This document shows, one piece after another, positions 51,813 to 64,000 of a DNA stretch of 64,000 nucleotides. Source of the DNA: Octopus sinensis (lineage: Eukaryota); assembly GCF_006345805.1 (NCBI RefSeq), contig NC_042999.1, forward strand, positions 18,228,001 to 18,292,000. The letters are read 5' to 3'. Every line of letters begins with the position of its first letter. Positions within the stretch are counted from its first letter, which is position 1. The position numbers and the translations under genes were made by a program. The notes beneath the pieces are model-generated. The model was not told the DNA's origin, made no database searches, and worked only from the letters and a program-made list of their open reading frames with translations.

Positions 51813-51882
51813 AGGTCACTGCCTGGAATCGAATTCGGAACCTTGGTGTTAGTGGCCAACGCTCTTAACCACTACGCCATAT
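51813..51882 (-). mobile_element. ~70-bp tRNA-like mini-SINE with (TAA)n tail
   Basis: Minus strand atatggcgtagtggttaagagcgttggccactaacaccaaggttccgaattcgattccaggcagtgacct(taa)n: A box TGGCGTAGTGG, B box TTCGATTCC. Confidence 0.7.
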
Positions 51883-51926
51883 ATATATACTGTAAGGTGT
51901 TAAGCAGCCCAGATACTTCAGGTTAC

Positions 51927-51968
<42 letters not shown>

Positions 51969-51969
51969 A

Positions 51970-52017
<48 letters not shown>

Positions 52018-52040
52018 ATCTATCTTTCTATCTATCTATA

Positions 52041-52090
<50 letters not shown>

Positions 52091-52122
52091 ACTATCTATC
52101 TCTCTCTCTCTATATATATATA

Positions 52123-52158
<36 letters not shown>
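51927..52158. repeat. (CTAT)n/(TA)n array
   Basis: Direct reading. Confidence 0.95.
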
Positions 52159-52172
<14 letters not shown>

Positions 52173-53464
52173 ATATAAATGTGAACTTGTTGGGAATGTT
52201 TTGGTGATTAGTATATATAAGAAGTTTAATGTCCAGTGCAAGTACGATTAAAAAGAAAATATTTGTACAGTTTACATTGATAATATGAGAATAGGATTAA
52301 AAATAATCAGCATTGGTAATGTAGTCTAACTTCAGTTTTCCAATATACCGAAACTGCAAAGTATAGATGGGAGATAAACAGAAATAAGGGGAATAACATG
52401 ATATACAAAGAGTCAAGACTATTGAAAATGTTGCAAGACGCAACGAAACTTTTAGGAAAATAAAAATAAGAAATAAGTGGAAATTTTAGCAGTGAGTGTG
52501 TTACTTTATAAAGCACAAAAAGAAAATGACTCTCCCCAAACATAATGGAATATGATATACAATGTTCAATAGCTTCCAGTTAGGTAAATTTATTAAAGAC
52601 TATTTCTTTAATAGATGCAAATAGACTGTACACTTCACATTTTGTATCAAAACTGATGTGTATTATTCCAGTTCGCAATCAGATGCATTGCACTGATCAC
52701 ATGTCAACTTCGAAAGCAGAGAATATTACAAGGATTGTAAGGATGAATGTACTTACACAAACGCTGCTACTACAATTGTTCTGGAGAATTTGTCAAATGA
52801 TTTATGTTTAAATATTTTTAACTGAACTATATATTATGTTACAATTTATATAACATTAATAATGAAATTGCGTTTACTTAACAGCAGGAATTGTTTACGC
52901 AAATTCTCGAAAAATATATATCAGAAAATAAGTATTTCAGATAAATCCTTGTATTAAATAATGGATATTGTAAAAGGAAAAGTAAAGAAACAGAAAGAAC
53001 TATATAAACAGGCTTTTGTGCTTTGAGGCACACTTGAAATTCGTATGTGTGTTGAGAAATATAGCATGATGCCACGTAAGATAATAAGATCTTAAAATTT
53101 ACATAACATTAAAAAGGCATTAATACATGAACTACAGCAGTTTCGTATTTAATAAAACTCTAGAGAAATAGAACTGTATGACCAATATTTAAAATCTAAT
53201 CGCAAGTAAAAGTTCAACCAACAATTATATAGTTTCTAATACGTGATGTACACATTCAAGCGCCGGTATATCAGGTCATAAAAACAGGATGGATTGACAT
53301 TCGTAACACAATATTTATTTATTACATGAGAATACAATGTAATATCATTACATTGAGGTGTAATGTGTTGAATACCGGAAAGGTTACGTTTACCAAAGCA
53401 GTTTAGTACCGCTTCAATCCCTTGCAGGCTAAGTTACAAATCATACGTATACATACATCTATAC

Positions 53465-53661
53465 ATAGGCACGATGTACATATATATAAACATATATAAA
53501 TATATACATACATATACATATATATATATATGCGTGTATGCATGTATGTATGTATATATATATATATATATACGTTATGTATGTATGTGTATATTTATAA
53601 CGAATATATATATATATATATATATATTTATACATTATGTATGTATGTGTATATTTATAAC

Positions 53662-53723
<62 letters not shown>

Positions 53724-53854
53724 TGTTTGTACACCACCTGCCATCGTCTTTTGTTTATTTTTGTAAACTTTCCCTTTGTATATATATGATATATATTATA
53801 TATATATGCATGTTTATATTTATATTTATGTATACACACACACACAAACACGCG

Positions 53855-53941
<87 letters not shown>
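53465..53941. repeat. (TA)n arrays interrupted by a fragment (53720-53778) of the pseudo-LTR-like repeat
   Basis: gtttgtacaccacctgccatcgtcttttgtttatttttgtaaactttccct matches the reverse complement of ~3585-3640. Confidence 0.85.
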
Positions 53942-53943
<2 letters not shown>

Positions 53944-54375
53944 CTACAACCGTCAATATTTCCATGCATGTATGCAAAATTATACATAATACGCATAAAT
54001 ATACATATTTGTGTCTGTGTGTTTTCAAATTCATCCTCTTTCCTCGACAAGCATGGCTTCCATGTTTCACACAAACACTGCAGTAAAGTTCAACATAAAA
54101 TTAGATATTATCCAAATATTTAGCAATAATATTGTAGTTATGGAGGATAACACAAGAAAGTGAGATGTATTTTTGTATTTTTCACCTGTGACATATAATT
54201 CTTTCCCAGTTGTACATATTATAATATCTAAATTTAAGTTTATACACACATGTCTAATTATGTAAATTTCCAAATTGCAGCAGCAATTGTCACTTAATTT
54301 TATGTAAACACGCAGTAAAAGAAAAATACATAAACTAATTTGAGATACATATGTGTATGTGCATGCATGTATATC

Positions 54376-54470
<95 letters not shown>

Positions 54471-55174
54471 ATATATGCAAATTAGTACATGTGTCTACGG
54501 GAGCACTTTCCTGTTACATGCATAAAATGTTTGTGTTAAGGTACTTTAATTTTTTATGATAAATATTTGATGCCTATTTCGTATGAAACAAGAATATTAA
54601 TCACAACGTCATAACTTTATAAACAGAAAATAGTCACTTAAAACATACCCACATGTATTAATGTAAACAAACACCAAACACAAAACACAAACCTGCGCAC
54701 CATTGCTCAAATTTATATTAGTTTTTACATTCCAATGTATCCCTGTGGCTCCATTTAGAATACACATTATTCATCTATTTGTAACCAACGTTTTCTCCTT
54801 ATTCATATCACCTTTATTGAGGAACAGTATCTAAACTTGAGTTTGCCTACCACTCTACAGGCTTCATTTCGGCCCATGAAGTGTAAAGCAAAATAAATTT
54901 ATATTTTAAATACATTGGAACTTTGCACCATATAACATTCCTTTTCGTCATAGTTTTGTTATGGAATATATAAATACATGTTTCAATAAGGAGGAACAAT
55001 TCAATTCATAACTATACGAAGATTTTAAATCTTTTGATCACTTACACGTATACTATGTAGTAATAACGTTAATGTTTTACATTTAAAATGTAAAATATAT
55101 ATGCATCTGTCTATACAGAGATAGAGATCTGCACATACATCTCAAAAGTATATACGCACAATAATTTCTGGAAA

Positions 55175-55680
55175 TATGTATATATATGTGTGTGTTTATA
55201 TATGTCTGTATATATATATGTATGTGTATATATATATATATACACATACATATATATATATATATGTATATATATTTATATATATATGTATATATATATA
55301 TATATTCATATATATATATATATATTTATATATATGTATATATATGTATATATATGTATATATATATATACATATATACATATATATATATATACATATA
55401 TTTATATATGTATATATATATATGTATATATGTGTATATATGTATATATTTATGTATATGTAGATATGTGTGTATGTATGCATATATGTATAGATATATA
55501 TATACATGCCTACATTTATATGGATTTGCATATATATACGTGCATCTGTATATAAATATATATATGCATATCTGTGTATATATATGTATATGTATATATA
55601 TATATATGTGTGTGGGTGTGTGTGTATGTATGTGTGTAAATCCACACACCCGCACGCACATAGACACACACACATACATA
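55175..55680. repeat. Degenerate (TA)n/(TATG)n array
   Basis: Direct reading. Confidence 0.95.
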
Positions 55681-56819
55681 AATATATTCATAAAATATCG
55701 ATCCTTAACTTTCAGTATCTAAATTCTTTATTCCCTATTTGGAAATGAAATTACGAACCTATGCATTGATTCTTTCTCAAGTAAAGCCATTAGTACCAGA
55801 GATGAATCCTGTTTATATTATGCCAATTACTGCGATTCATGACTTCAGTTATGTTATTCCCTTTAAATCTAATTTCTAATTATGCAAATTATTTCGGACA
55901 AAACTGTTTTCTTTTCCTGAATATGAATATGTCGCCACTGAATTTATTCTACACTCTTGGAGCTGTACGATACCGAAACATAGTTCTATGAATGTTTTAT
56001 CCTAGTCTACAAACATTGCCTAGAGATTTCCAATTACTTCCCTCATAATGAAAGAGAGTCGTGATTGTGTTCTTCAAATTAGAGGGGAAATTTCATGACT
56101 TAAATCTTCACGCACAGCATTCAAGATAAATAGATCTTTACTGAAGATACGGAATTAATGTCAATGTCTATTTTCAATGATTTCCCCGAAGAGGCATACG
56201 AAGAGCCAAAGTAATGCCAAACAGTACCATTTGCATATATCAAATTATTATAAACTTTCTATGAAGTTCATAATCGCACGAAACAATAAAAACATTCAAA
56301 ACGGTTGTCCTAAGTGTAAATGAGAGGATGTTGACAATGAGACCCGAGGATGCACAGGAGGAAAGAAAAGTAAGGTAAGATTTGAGAGACCACCATGTGT
56401 CGTGCGAAATGCTGATTGATATAACTGAGAATAATAAAATGCGATAAATCCCATTATGTTTCACTACCAAATCCAAGAATTATTCCGATTCGTGTGCCAT
56501 TTGATTATCTCCTACTTAGTATATTCGATTTAGTGTCATCCTTTGAACATTATTAGCTTCACACAACTGCGAGGTTACTTTTGAGAAATCGGAAGATATT
56601 TGTTTTCAGCTGTCATTCTCCGTGTTCTTGTAACTCACAAACTACATGGACGTCCCAAGATACTGACACATATTACATTTTGCTTAAAAATTAAGTTTCA
56701 TGTATACTGGCTTTGCGTGACAGAATTGCATGTACATGTGTATATATATTCATATATTCATTTCTTTTATATATTAATGTATGTAAAAATGTGTATGTGT
56801 ATCTATCTATCTATATATA

Positions 56820-56874
<55 letters not shown>

Positions 56875-56920
56875 ATATCTATCTATCTATATATATATAT
56901 CTATATATAGAAAGTGAGAG

Positions 56921-56962
<42 letters not shown>

Positions 56963-56977
56963 TGAGAAGCAGATAAC

Positions 56978-57017
<40 letters not shown>

Positions 57018-57516
57018 AGTCATCCTATATCAGAATGTCTGATATAAATATATGAATGTTACAAATATTCAATTTCAGTGAAACACATCGTATACTCTTT
57101 ATATGTGTAGAAGAGAAGAAACTGATAGTTGACGGACCATTTCACGGATACGTGGAACAGGTTCGTATAGTTATGAGCACAAATTCCTATGCAACAAATG
57201 TCAAATTAATGTTTACAGTGAATATTTTTATTCAGTTTGAAGGAAAATTATTGGGGGCATTTTAAGGGTAAAGGTTTGACAATTTGGGCTTGTTCCTTCT
57301 TCAGACATACAGAGGCAATACTAGATAGGAGGGAAAAGAAGGAGGATGAGATAAGAATGGAGCAGAGATGGAAATGAAACTATTATGATGTTACCTGATT
57401 TCAGAATTTGATGCAGAATTGTTCGGAGCCATGGCCGTGCATATATCGTCTGTGTATGTGTGCGCATGTGTGAGTGTGTATATTTATGGTTGCTTACATG
57501 AGTGCCTACTATAAAT

Positions 57517-58912
57517 ATTGCGTATCCCCGCTTATTCGCGGTTCAGCATTCACGGTCTTAGTTATTCGCAGAACTGATAATTGTTCGCGGAAACCACTGC
57601 ATATTCGCGGAATCGTAAATATCGTCCGCTATTTCTTATAGTATTTTCCATGACAATATATATTTTCCACACTTCTTACTGTTAAAATACTAACAATAAT
57701 TTACCGAATTTGGCGGTTTACTGGACATCCATTCGCAGCTGAAGATCACTCTGTTTAGAGTAGCTGTGCATCACGTCGCTTGATTCGTTTTAGATATTGT
57801 ATCTCTTTTTCCTGCTTTCGATCAAAGCTTGCTAATTACTACAGCGACTACCAGCTAAAATCATCGCTGCATGTTTTTTGCAACAGGATAAGTTTTAAGG
57901 TTGTGAGTCAATTGAGCCTCATTGAAATTGAGTTACTTGCTAGTCCGCCTCTCTGTTGTGCTCTAATAATTATAGTATAGATTACTCTATCTGGTGGTAA
58001 TACAAGCTAACTGTTTCAAAACCATGATTGTTTTTAATCTCTGCTTTGTCTCGAATTAGTAGTGTGCGCATATTAGTCGCAATGAAGTTATTTTTAGTTT
58101 TTTGTTTTGTTTAGGAAAATCTTTGTCCGGTAGCTATCACTAGTATTCTGTTGAGTGCTGTGTATTTCAAAGCGTGTTATTAAAGCCCTAAAAATATGTC
58201 CAAAAGTCCTGCACCTTATAAGACCCCTGGCAGTGAACCTAAGCGCCAGGAAAAGATTATGACGCTCCATTAGAAGGCACAGTTGCTGGATATGTTCCCG
58301 GAAGGTAACTGTTATACTGCAGTAGGTCGCTACTATGTTGTCAACGAAAGCACCATACGCTACATAAAGAAGAACGAGGTGGCGATCAGGACTACCGTTG
58401 CAGTAAGTTTCTATGAAGTGCCAACATAAAACGGTACGGAGAAATAATAAGTTCATCAGGATGGAATCTGCCCTGGCATTGTGGATCAGGAACTGCAACA
58501 AGGAAAACATTCCCTTGAATGGTAACATCGTCCGCGAGACAGCGCAGAAATTATACCAGCAGTTCGACAGAAGACACGGAGTAGAAGGCACCGAATAACC
58601 GCAACCAAGAGCATTGACAAAACCGGATACCCACAGATTTTCAAACCAGCAAGGGATGATTTGAGCGTTTCCAGAAACCGTTTAAGATAAAGAGTTTCCC
58701 AGCATGGACAGACAGCATAAGGCGACACAAAACCCGCGGAGTTGTACCTCGAGATCTTCAGGTAGATCATCAAAGAAAAGAGATACAAGCCGGAACAGGT
58801 TTTCAATATGGACGAGACTGGCTTGTTCTAGAAGATGGCTTCCAGAACGTACTTCATAAAGGATAAACCAAGAGACCCAGCATTTAAGGCACAGAAGCAC
58901 AGAGTGATGCTA
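57517..58912 (+). mobile_element. Tigger/pogo DNA transposon 5' half (CENP-B-type HTH domains and start of DDE domain), pseudogenised
   Basis: Left end tatccccgcttattcgcggttcagcattcacgg with repeated ttattcgcgg boxes (Tigger7/MER44-like by eye). Transposase from 58197: MSKSPAP...KRQEKIMTLH*KAQLLDM...VNESTIRYIKKNE, MESALALWIRNCNKENIPL.GNIVRETAQKLY, SKG*FERF, YKPEQVFNMDETGLF*K...FKAQKHRVML. Confidence 0.9.
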
Positions 58913-58930
58913 ATTATTATTATTATTATT

Positions 58931-59036
58931 GAGTGAGAGAGCAGTTCATGCCATCAAAGTGACACTGGGGTAAAATATACGAAGCCCAATATACCCATCA
59001 TGACTACACGTCTGATAAAGGTACACCAGGCACATG

Positions 59037-59037
<1 letters not shown>
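58931..59037 (-). mobile_element. Short retroelement 3' tail embedded in (TTA)n
   Basis: Same as 10462-10528 but longer; (TTA)n on both sides (58913-58930, 59038 onward). Confidence 0.75.
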
Positions 59038-59121
<84 letters not shown>

Positions 59122-59367
59122 TATTATTATTATTATTACTATTATTATTATTATTAATTTTATTATTGTTTTGTTGTTGTTGTTTTTGTCGTTGCAGCAG
59201 CAGCAGTAGTACTAGTAGTAGTAGTAGTAGAAATTTTAGTAGTTGTTGCTGCAGTAGTAGTAGCAATTGTAGTAGTAGTAGTTGTTGTTGTAGTAGTAGT
59301 TGTAGTAGTAGTAGTATCAGTATCAGTAGTAGTAGTAGTAGTAGTAGTAATAGTAGTAGTAGTAGTT
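59038..59367. repeat. Compound (TTA)n(GTT)n(TAG)n array
   Basis: Direct reading. Confidence 0.95.
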
Positions 59368-60422
59368 ATACTTATGGCATCAATGTTGACGTTTTCGTTA
59401 TCCTTCTCCAGTATTGCTTTAATCTTGTTTCAATGGATTACCATTAATCCTCATAAACTTCATTCAAAAATATCTATAACTTTTTTCTTGCATTCTTCTC
59501 TCTTACTAACTTACTCTGCGTTATTCCTAATTCCAACTTTTATTACTAACAACGTGTTTGTTACTTTTGAGGTGAGTTTGTTTTTCAAACAAGACTTAAA
59601 TTCAAGAAGGCAAACATGTTTGCAGTAAAACCTTTGCCAAGGATAATGTGATATAAAAGCACAAATATACACCCATAATAATATATACGCGTTGATTTGC
59701 ATGTATATGTACATATATATATATATATCAATCTAGGTACCTATATCTATTATCTATCTCTCTATCAATCTATCTATGCATTTCTCTCTCTTTTTATCTC
59801 TCTCTCTCTCTCTCTATATATATTATATATATATATCTAAGTATATATATGTGTGTGTATGTGTGTGTTGACAAGAATTCCTTTCGTGAACTCTCACAAC
59901 AAGAATTGATCGAATGCATTTATATGTATGAAGGCCTCAACACAGTTTCAGAAATTACTTAGCTATATAACTTGTATGATGAGTGCCTTGTTAATTTTGG
60001 ATTTGTGTTTTCGTCATATTTATTTACTTTTATTCAACTAATAATATCGCAGCTTTAGAACTTGTTCCATTTAATTAAAGTGCTCATCTTACACGGATAA
60101 ATGTTGATTATTTAGAAAAGAATGAAAATCTTTCACACATAAAAGCAAAATATTTTATAAAGAAATAAATTTCATATTAATATCTCCAGATACTTTCAAG
60201 AATGGGTTAATAGAAAATAGTGCATTGAGACTTCGTTGTCTGGAGTATTACAATATGTAGTTGTTCTATATTTGAATAGGTTCTTTGATAAATCTATGTT
60301 TCTTTTGCACAAATTGCAAATTATGATGTTTAAATGGAAAACAATAATTAACATTACCTTGTTATATAACTGATCACTTAGGAAGCATATGCAGGGTGTG
60401 GTGAATATGTTGTCGTCTAAAT

Positions 60423-61090
60423 TATACAGAGATGATAATAACACCGACGTCTCATTTTAACATATATTTACGAAAATTACATAGAAATATATTGAAATAT
60501 TAAATAGTAAATACATTCAATAAAATAGCCATTGGTTCCAACCAGGGCCTCCAGACGACTTCGAAATCTTCGGCAGCTCTTCTGGATGGTCTCATTGATC
60601 AAGTTTGTGAATGCTGCCATAATCCTTGCCTTCAGCTTATCTTTGGTGTTAAGTGTTTTGCTGGACCCTCGCTCAACTGCAACCCACATATAATCATGAG
60701 GTGGGTTGCAGTCTGGGGAGTTAGGTGGCCAGATGTTAGGGGTGATGTGGTTGCAGAAATTGCCTTGACAGACATGGCTGGGATCTCCTGCTTGTGTGTT
60801 ACGGTGCAGAATCCAGATGCCAGACACATGGTCTTCCAACAGGCACTCCCTTGGTCCAAAACAACACTACCTCTTCCAGGCACTTGATGTAGGCCTCCGT
60901 GTCGACTCTGAGGCCTTGTGGGAAAATGAATGGAGGCATAATGTCACCATAACTAGTGATCACTGCAAACGCAATGATGTCGACTGGATGCTTTATCTTA
61001 AGCACTCTCGTTTCATGGTATGGGAACGCGGCAAGCCAATGGTTGTTATGTGTGTTCACCATCTGTTCGTATTGTTCCGGCGCGAATATT
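60423..61090 (-). mobile_element. Tc1/mariner (maT/DD37D-like) transposase catalytic domain, degraded
   Basis: NTHNNHWLA...KIKHPVDIIAFAVITSYGDIMPPFIFPQGLRVDTEAYIKCLEEVVLFW...GRPCVWHLDSAP, then FCNHITPNIWPPNSPDCNPPHDYMWVAVE...KDKLKARIMAAF. Subfamily call rests on motif resemblance only. Confidence 0.85.
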
Positions 61091-61545
61091 AAGCAGTACA
61101 GCATCTAGTTTCCAACCTGCGTCATTATGCTGTTTTTGTCACAGATAGTATCCAACATACCTTACTATACTGTGTAGTTGACAAAATCGATCACAAACAA
61201 TGCGCAGAAAATAGATAGCAGATATACAACACTAAATGCGTTAACACAGAAAGCGACCTGTGTATGATAAATAAAATACGGCCCTACCAAACTCGCTATG
61301 CGTCTGTCATAAAGTTATGAGTGCGTAGGAATGAGATGTAGACACGTGCACATACATATACACAGACGTACGATCTTGTACGTGTATATTATTGGCAACG
61401 TATTTTTTTATATACCAAATGTATTCAGAACTCATTGGGACCATTTTGTTTTACTTCCCTTAAAGAAATATTTCGTACTTATATATGATAACATGCCTTC
61501 GTTGTCAAAGAAAGACTATTCTTCAAATTCATGCTGAACAACCTC

Positions 61546-61620
61546 TGCTATAGCCCAGGGCCGACCAATGCCTTCTGAGTGGATTTGGTAGACGGAAACT
61601 GAAAGAAGTCTGTCGTATAT
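61546..61620 (+). mobile_element. SINE family B internal fragment
   Basis: ctgctatagcccagggccgaccaatgccttctgagtggatttggtagacggaaactgaaagaagtctgtcgtata. Confidence 0.75.
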
Positions 61621-62029
61621 TTTATCACGCTCGAATATGTTTATTTCGCTCGAATATGTGCGCTGGATATTAGCACCCTTTGTGTATCAAATCGACGTTG
61701 ACTGAATAGGTGCACGGTGTCTCATACGTCAGGTGTGAAACGGATCACAGAGCGATCTTGGCTGTAGATGTTTGATCAAGATTACTTACATACACTCCCG
61801 TATCACACACGCGCTCGTGCGTGTTTGTGTGTGCATCTGTGTTTGCGTGTCTAACGATATTTAACACAGTCACTTACTCTCAAGCTTGGGCAGAATTTCC
61901 GTTGCAGACATAGAATTGCAGGATGCATTCATACTTCTCTTCAGAGTGGTCGAATGCATGCGTATTCGAGACTTTCCCTACGGAATATTTATCGATATTT
62001 CATCAATTATTGCCATGTCTACTATATCT

Positions 62030-62445
62030 TTTATATCTTTATATCTTTTACTTGTTTCAGTCATTTGACTGCGGCCTTGCTGGAGCACCGCCTTTAGTCG
62101 AGCAAATCGACCCCTGGACTTATTCTTTGTAAGCCCAGTACTTATTCTATCGGTCTCTTTTACCGAACCGCTAAGTGACAGGGACGTAAACACACCAGCA
62201 TCGGTTGTCAAGCAATGCTAGGGGGACAAACACAGACACACAAACACACACATACATATTTTTATATATATATACATATATACAACAGGATTCTTTCTGT
62301 TTCCGTCTACCAAATCCACTCACAAGGCAGTGGTCGGCCCGGGGCTATAGCAGAAGACACTTGTCCAAGATGCCACGCAGTGGGACTGAACCCGGAACCA
62401 TGTGGTTGGTTAGCAAGCTACTTACCACACAGCCACTCCTGCGCC
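62030..62445 (-). mobile_element. SINE family B, full length
   Basis: Minus strand ggcgcaggagtggctgtgtggtaag...ccgggttcagtcccactg (A/B boxes), cttggacaagtgtctt (CORE-like), internal (TA)/(TG) run, 3' half and short repeated tail. Confidence 0.9.
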
Positions 62446-63254
62446 TATATATTTGTTTTACGATCCAATAAACAATTTTCATCAGAAAACCTTCACAGGG
62501 TTGACGATGAACCAGAGTAAATCGAAATGAATCTAGATCAGACAAATTTGACGTCAACTTCCATGCTTCCCGATCTGTCCTAATTACCGTTATCGATTTC
62601 TTCATTTATCATTTTTTGAAGCATGTGGAAGATTGAAATAGAATATAACTAGAATACTTACTCAAAATAGTGAGATTATAGGAACCGTCCTTTCCCGTGT
62701 TATTCCCGAAAGTTTTTAACAAAATATCATATTTCCAAAAAATATTCAGGCAGTGATTATTTCAAGAGAAAACATGGTTCAACTTAGCAGCTGATGGCTA
62801 TAAACTAGTAATTCTGAATAATGTTAATCTCAGCCTTATATATTGGAATGTTAAGTAAGTTCACTTCCGAACTAACTCACTCTCTGAGAGCCTCAGTTCA
62901 AATCGCACGTGCCTCGAATGGGCTGGAGTATTTCTATTTTGGATGTATTTGGGGTACTTAATTGTGCCCATGACTTAGTATTTGCTTCTTCCATGGGTAT
63001 GAGTAAGTATCTCATTTATTTCTTTTGCCACATGTATCACTGACAAAGAGAGGGCTCTTAGTAGCTAACTCTGAAATCGGTCCGATATGGTAATAATGGA
63101 ATTCTTTAGAAATTTCTGTCGACCTTTTTTCGAGTAGCGTGCGTATTGTGAAAAGATTATATGGTTAATGGACAATATGTCCAATTTTTCGGCATATTTG
63201 GCATTAGAAATTTTTTCCTTTGCCCTCATTTATGTATTGTGTCTATTTATATAT

Positions 63255-63415
63255 ATATACGACTGGTTTCTCATCTACCAAATCCATTCATCAGACATTA
63301 GCCCGCCCGAGGCTGTAGTAGAAGACACTTGCTCAAGGTGCCATGCAGTAGGATTGAACCTAGAACCACGTGGTTGGGAAGCAAGCTTCTTACCGCACTA
63401 TCACTGCTGCACCTA
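63255..63415 (-). mobile_element. SINE family B 5' half, degraded
   Basis: ctaccaaatccattca...gtagaagacacttgctcaaggtgccatgcagtaggattgaacctagaaccacgtgg...cttaccgcac. Confidence 0.8.
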
Positions 63416-64000
63416 CGTTTGTCTAATAGCGTACATTTCTCTCGTATAATAAGCTTAATCGAAATTTGACATAAATTTATAATACAATGTAAAGCATTTT
63501 CCAGGATATTTATTATATTTATATTCTTTATTATAATATTAATATTTTTTTACGAATGTAATTCATTCTTTTCTTAAGATTTTTCTCAAGTAAGCGATTT
63601 TATCATCAACCAGCATCTGCTTTAGTATATTTTTTTTTTATTTCTAAATGAAAATACCGAAGAGAATTAAAGTATTTACATATGTATTAGAGGAGAAAAG
63701 AATGCTTACTGTGCAATGAATAATAGGAAGAAACTGAAGGAATCAAGGACAGAAATAATAGAACACAGTGATTGTAAGTATTTTTAATAATACTTTGTAT
63801 GTTAGTAGTTTTCGAAAATGAACGAAACTGATTCCATGTGATATTAATATAAAATCGGATATAAATATCAGCAAATTACAATTTCCAATTCTTTACTACT
63901 TTACAGTAATGTACGGTGTACCAGAAATGCTCAAAATTACTATAGCAATTTGAATAATCCTACTCGTGTTTGCATTTATCAGACCACATCACATTTATCT

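Noticed and set aside
57270-57310. Minus-strand CTGAAGA near a purine-rich tract
   Set aside because: No GAAA half-core or stems.

Overview
Very AT-rich, microsatellite-saturated eukaryotic non-genic DNA. The repeat spectrum (huge (TA)n/(CTAT)n/(TAA)n arrays plus tRNA-headed SINEs) looks like a coleoid cephalopod, most likely Octopus; this is an inference, no search was run. I could not support any intact host protein-coding gene, and almost every ORF in the supplied track is a microsatellite or antisense artefact. Recognisable content: (1) four or five tRNA-derived SINE families (ad hoc names A-D plus a mini-SINE), several with target-site duplications, some in head-to-tail arrays; (2) decayed R4/Dong-type non-LTR retrotransposon pieces (RT at 9.6-10.2 kb, zinc knuckle/RLE at 14.2-15.4 kb) and short 3' tails sitting in (TAA)n; (3) Penelope-like (GIY-YIG) relics; (4) DNA transposon relics: an internally deleted mariner with both TIRs, two maT-like Tc1/mariner fragments, a Tigger/pogo 5' half and a Helitron helicase fragment. 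Most interesting signal: a dispersed set of hammerhead-ribozyme motifs. One is fully canonical (20464-20549, minus). Three copies share a variant CUGUNGA core. One lies in a ~150-bp tandem unit resembling a metazoan retrozyme. Two more have large stem-II insertions. There is also an 88-bp near-perfect palindrome and SINE arrays whose junctions suggest the SINE contains its own insertion site.
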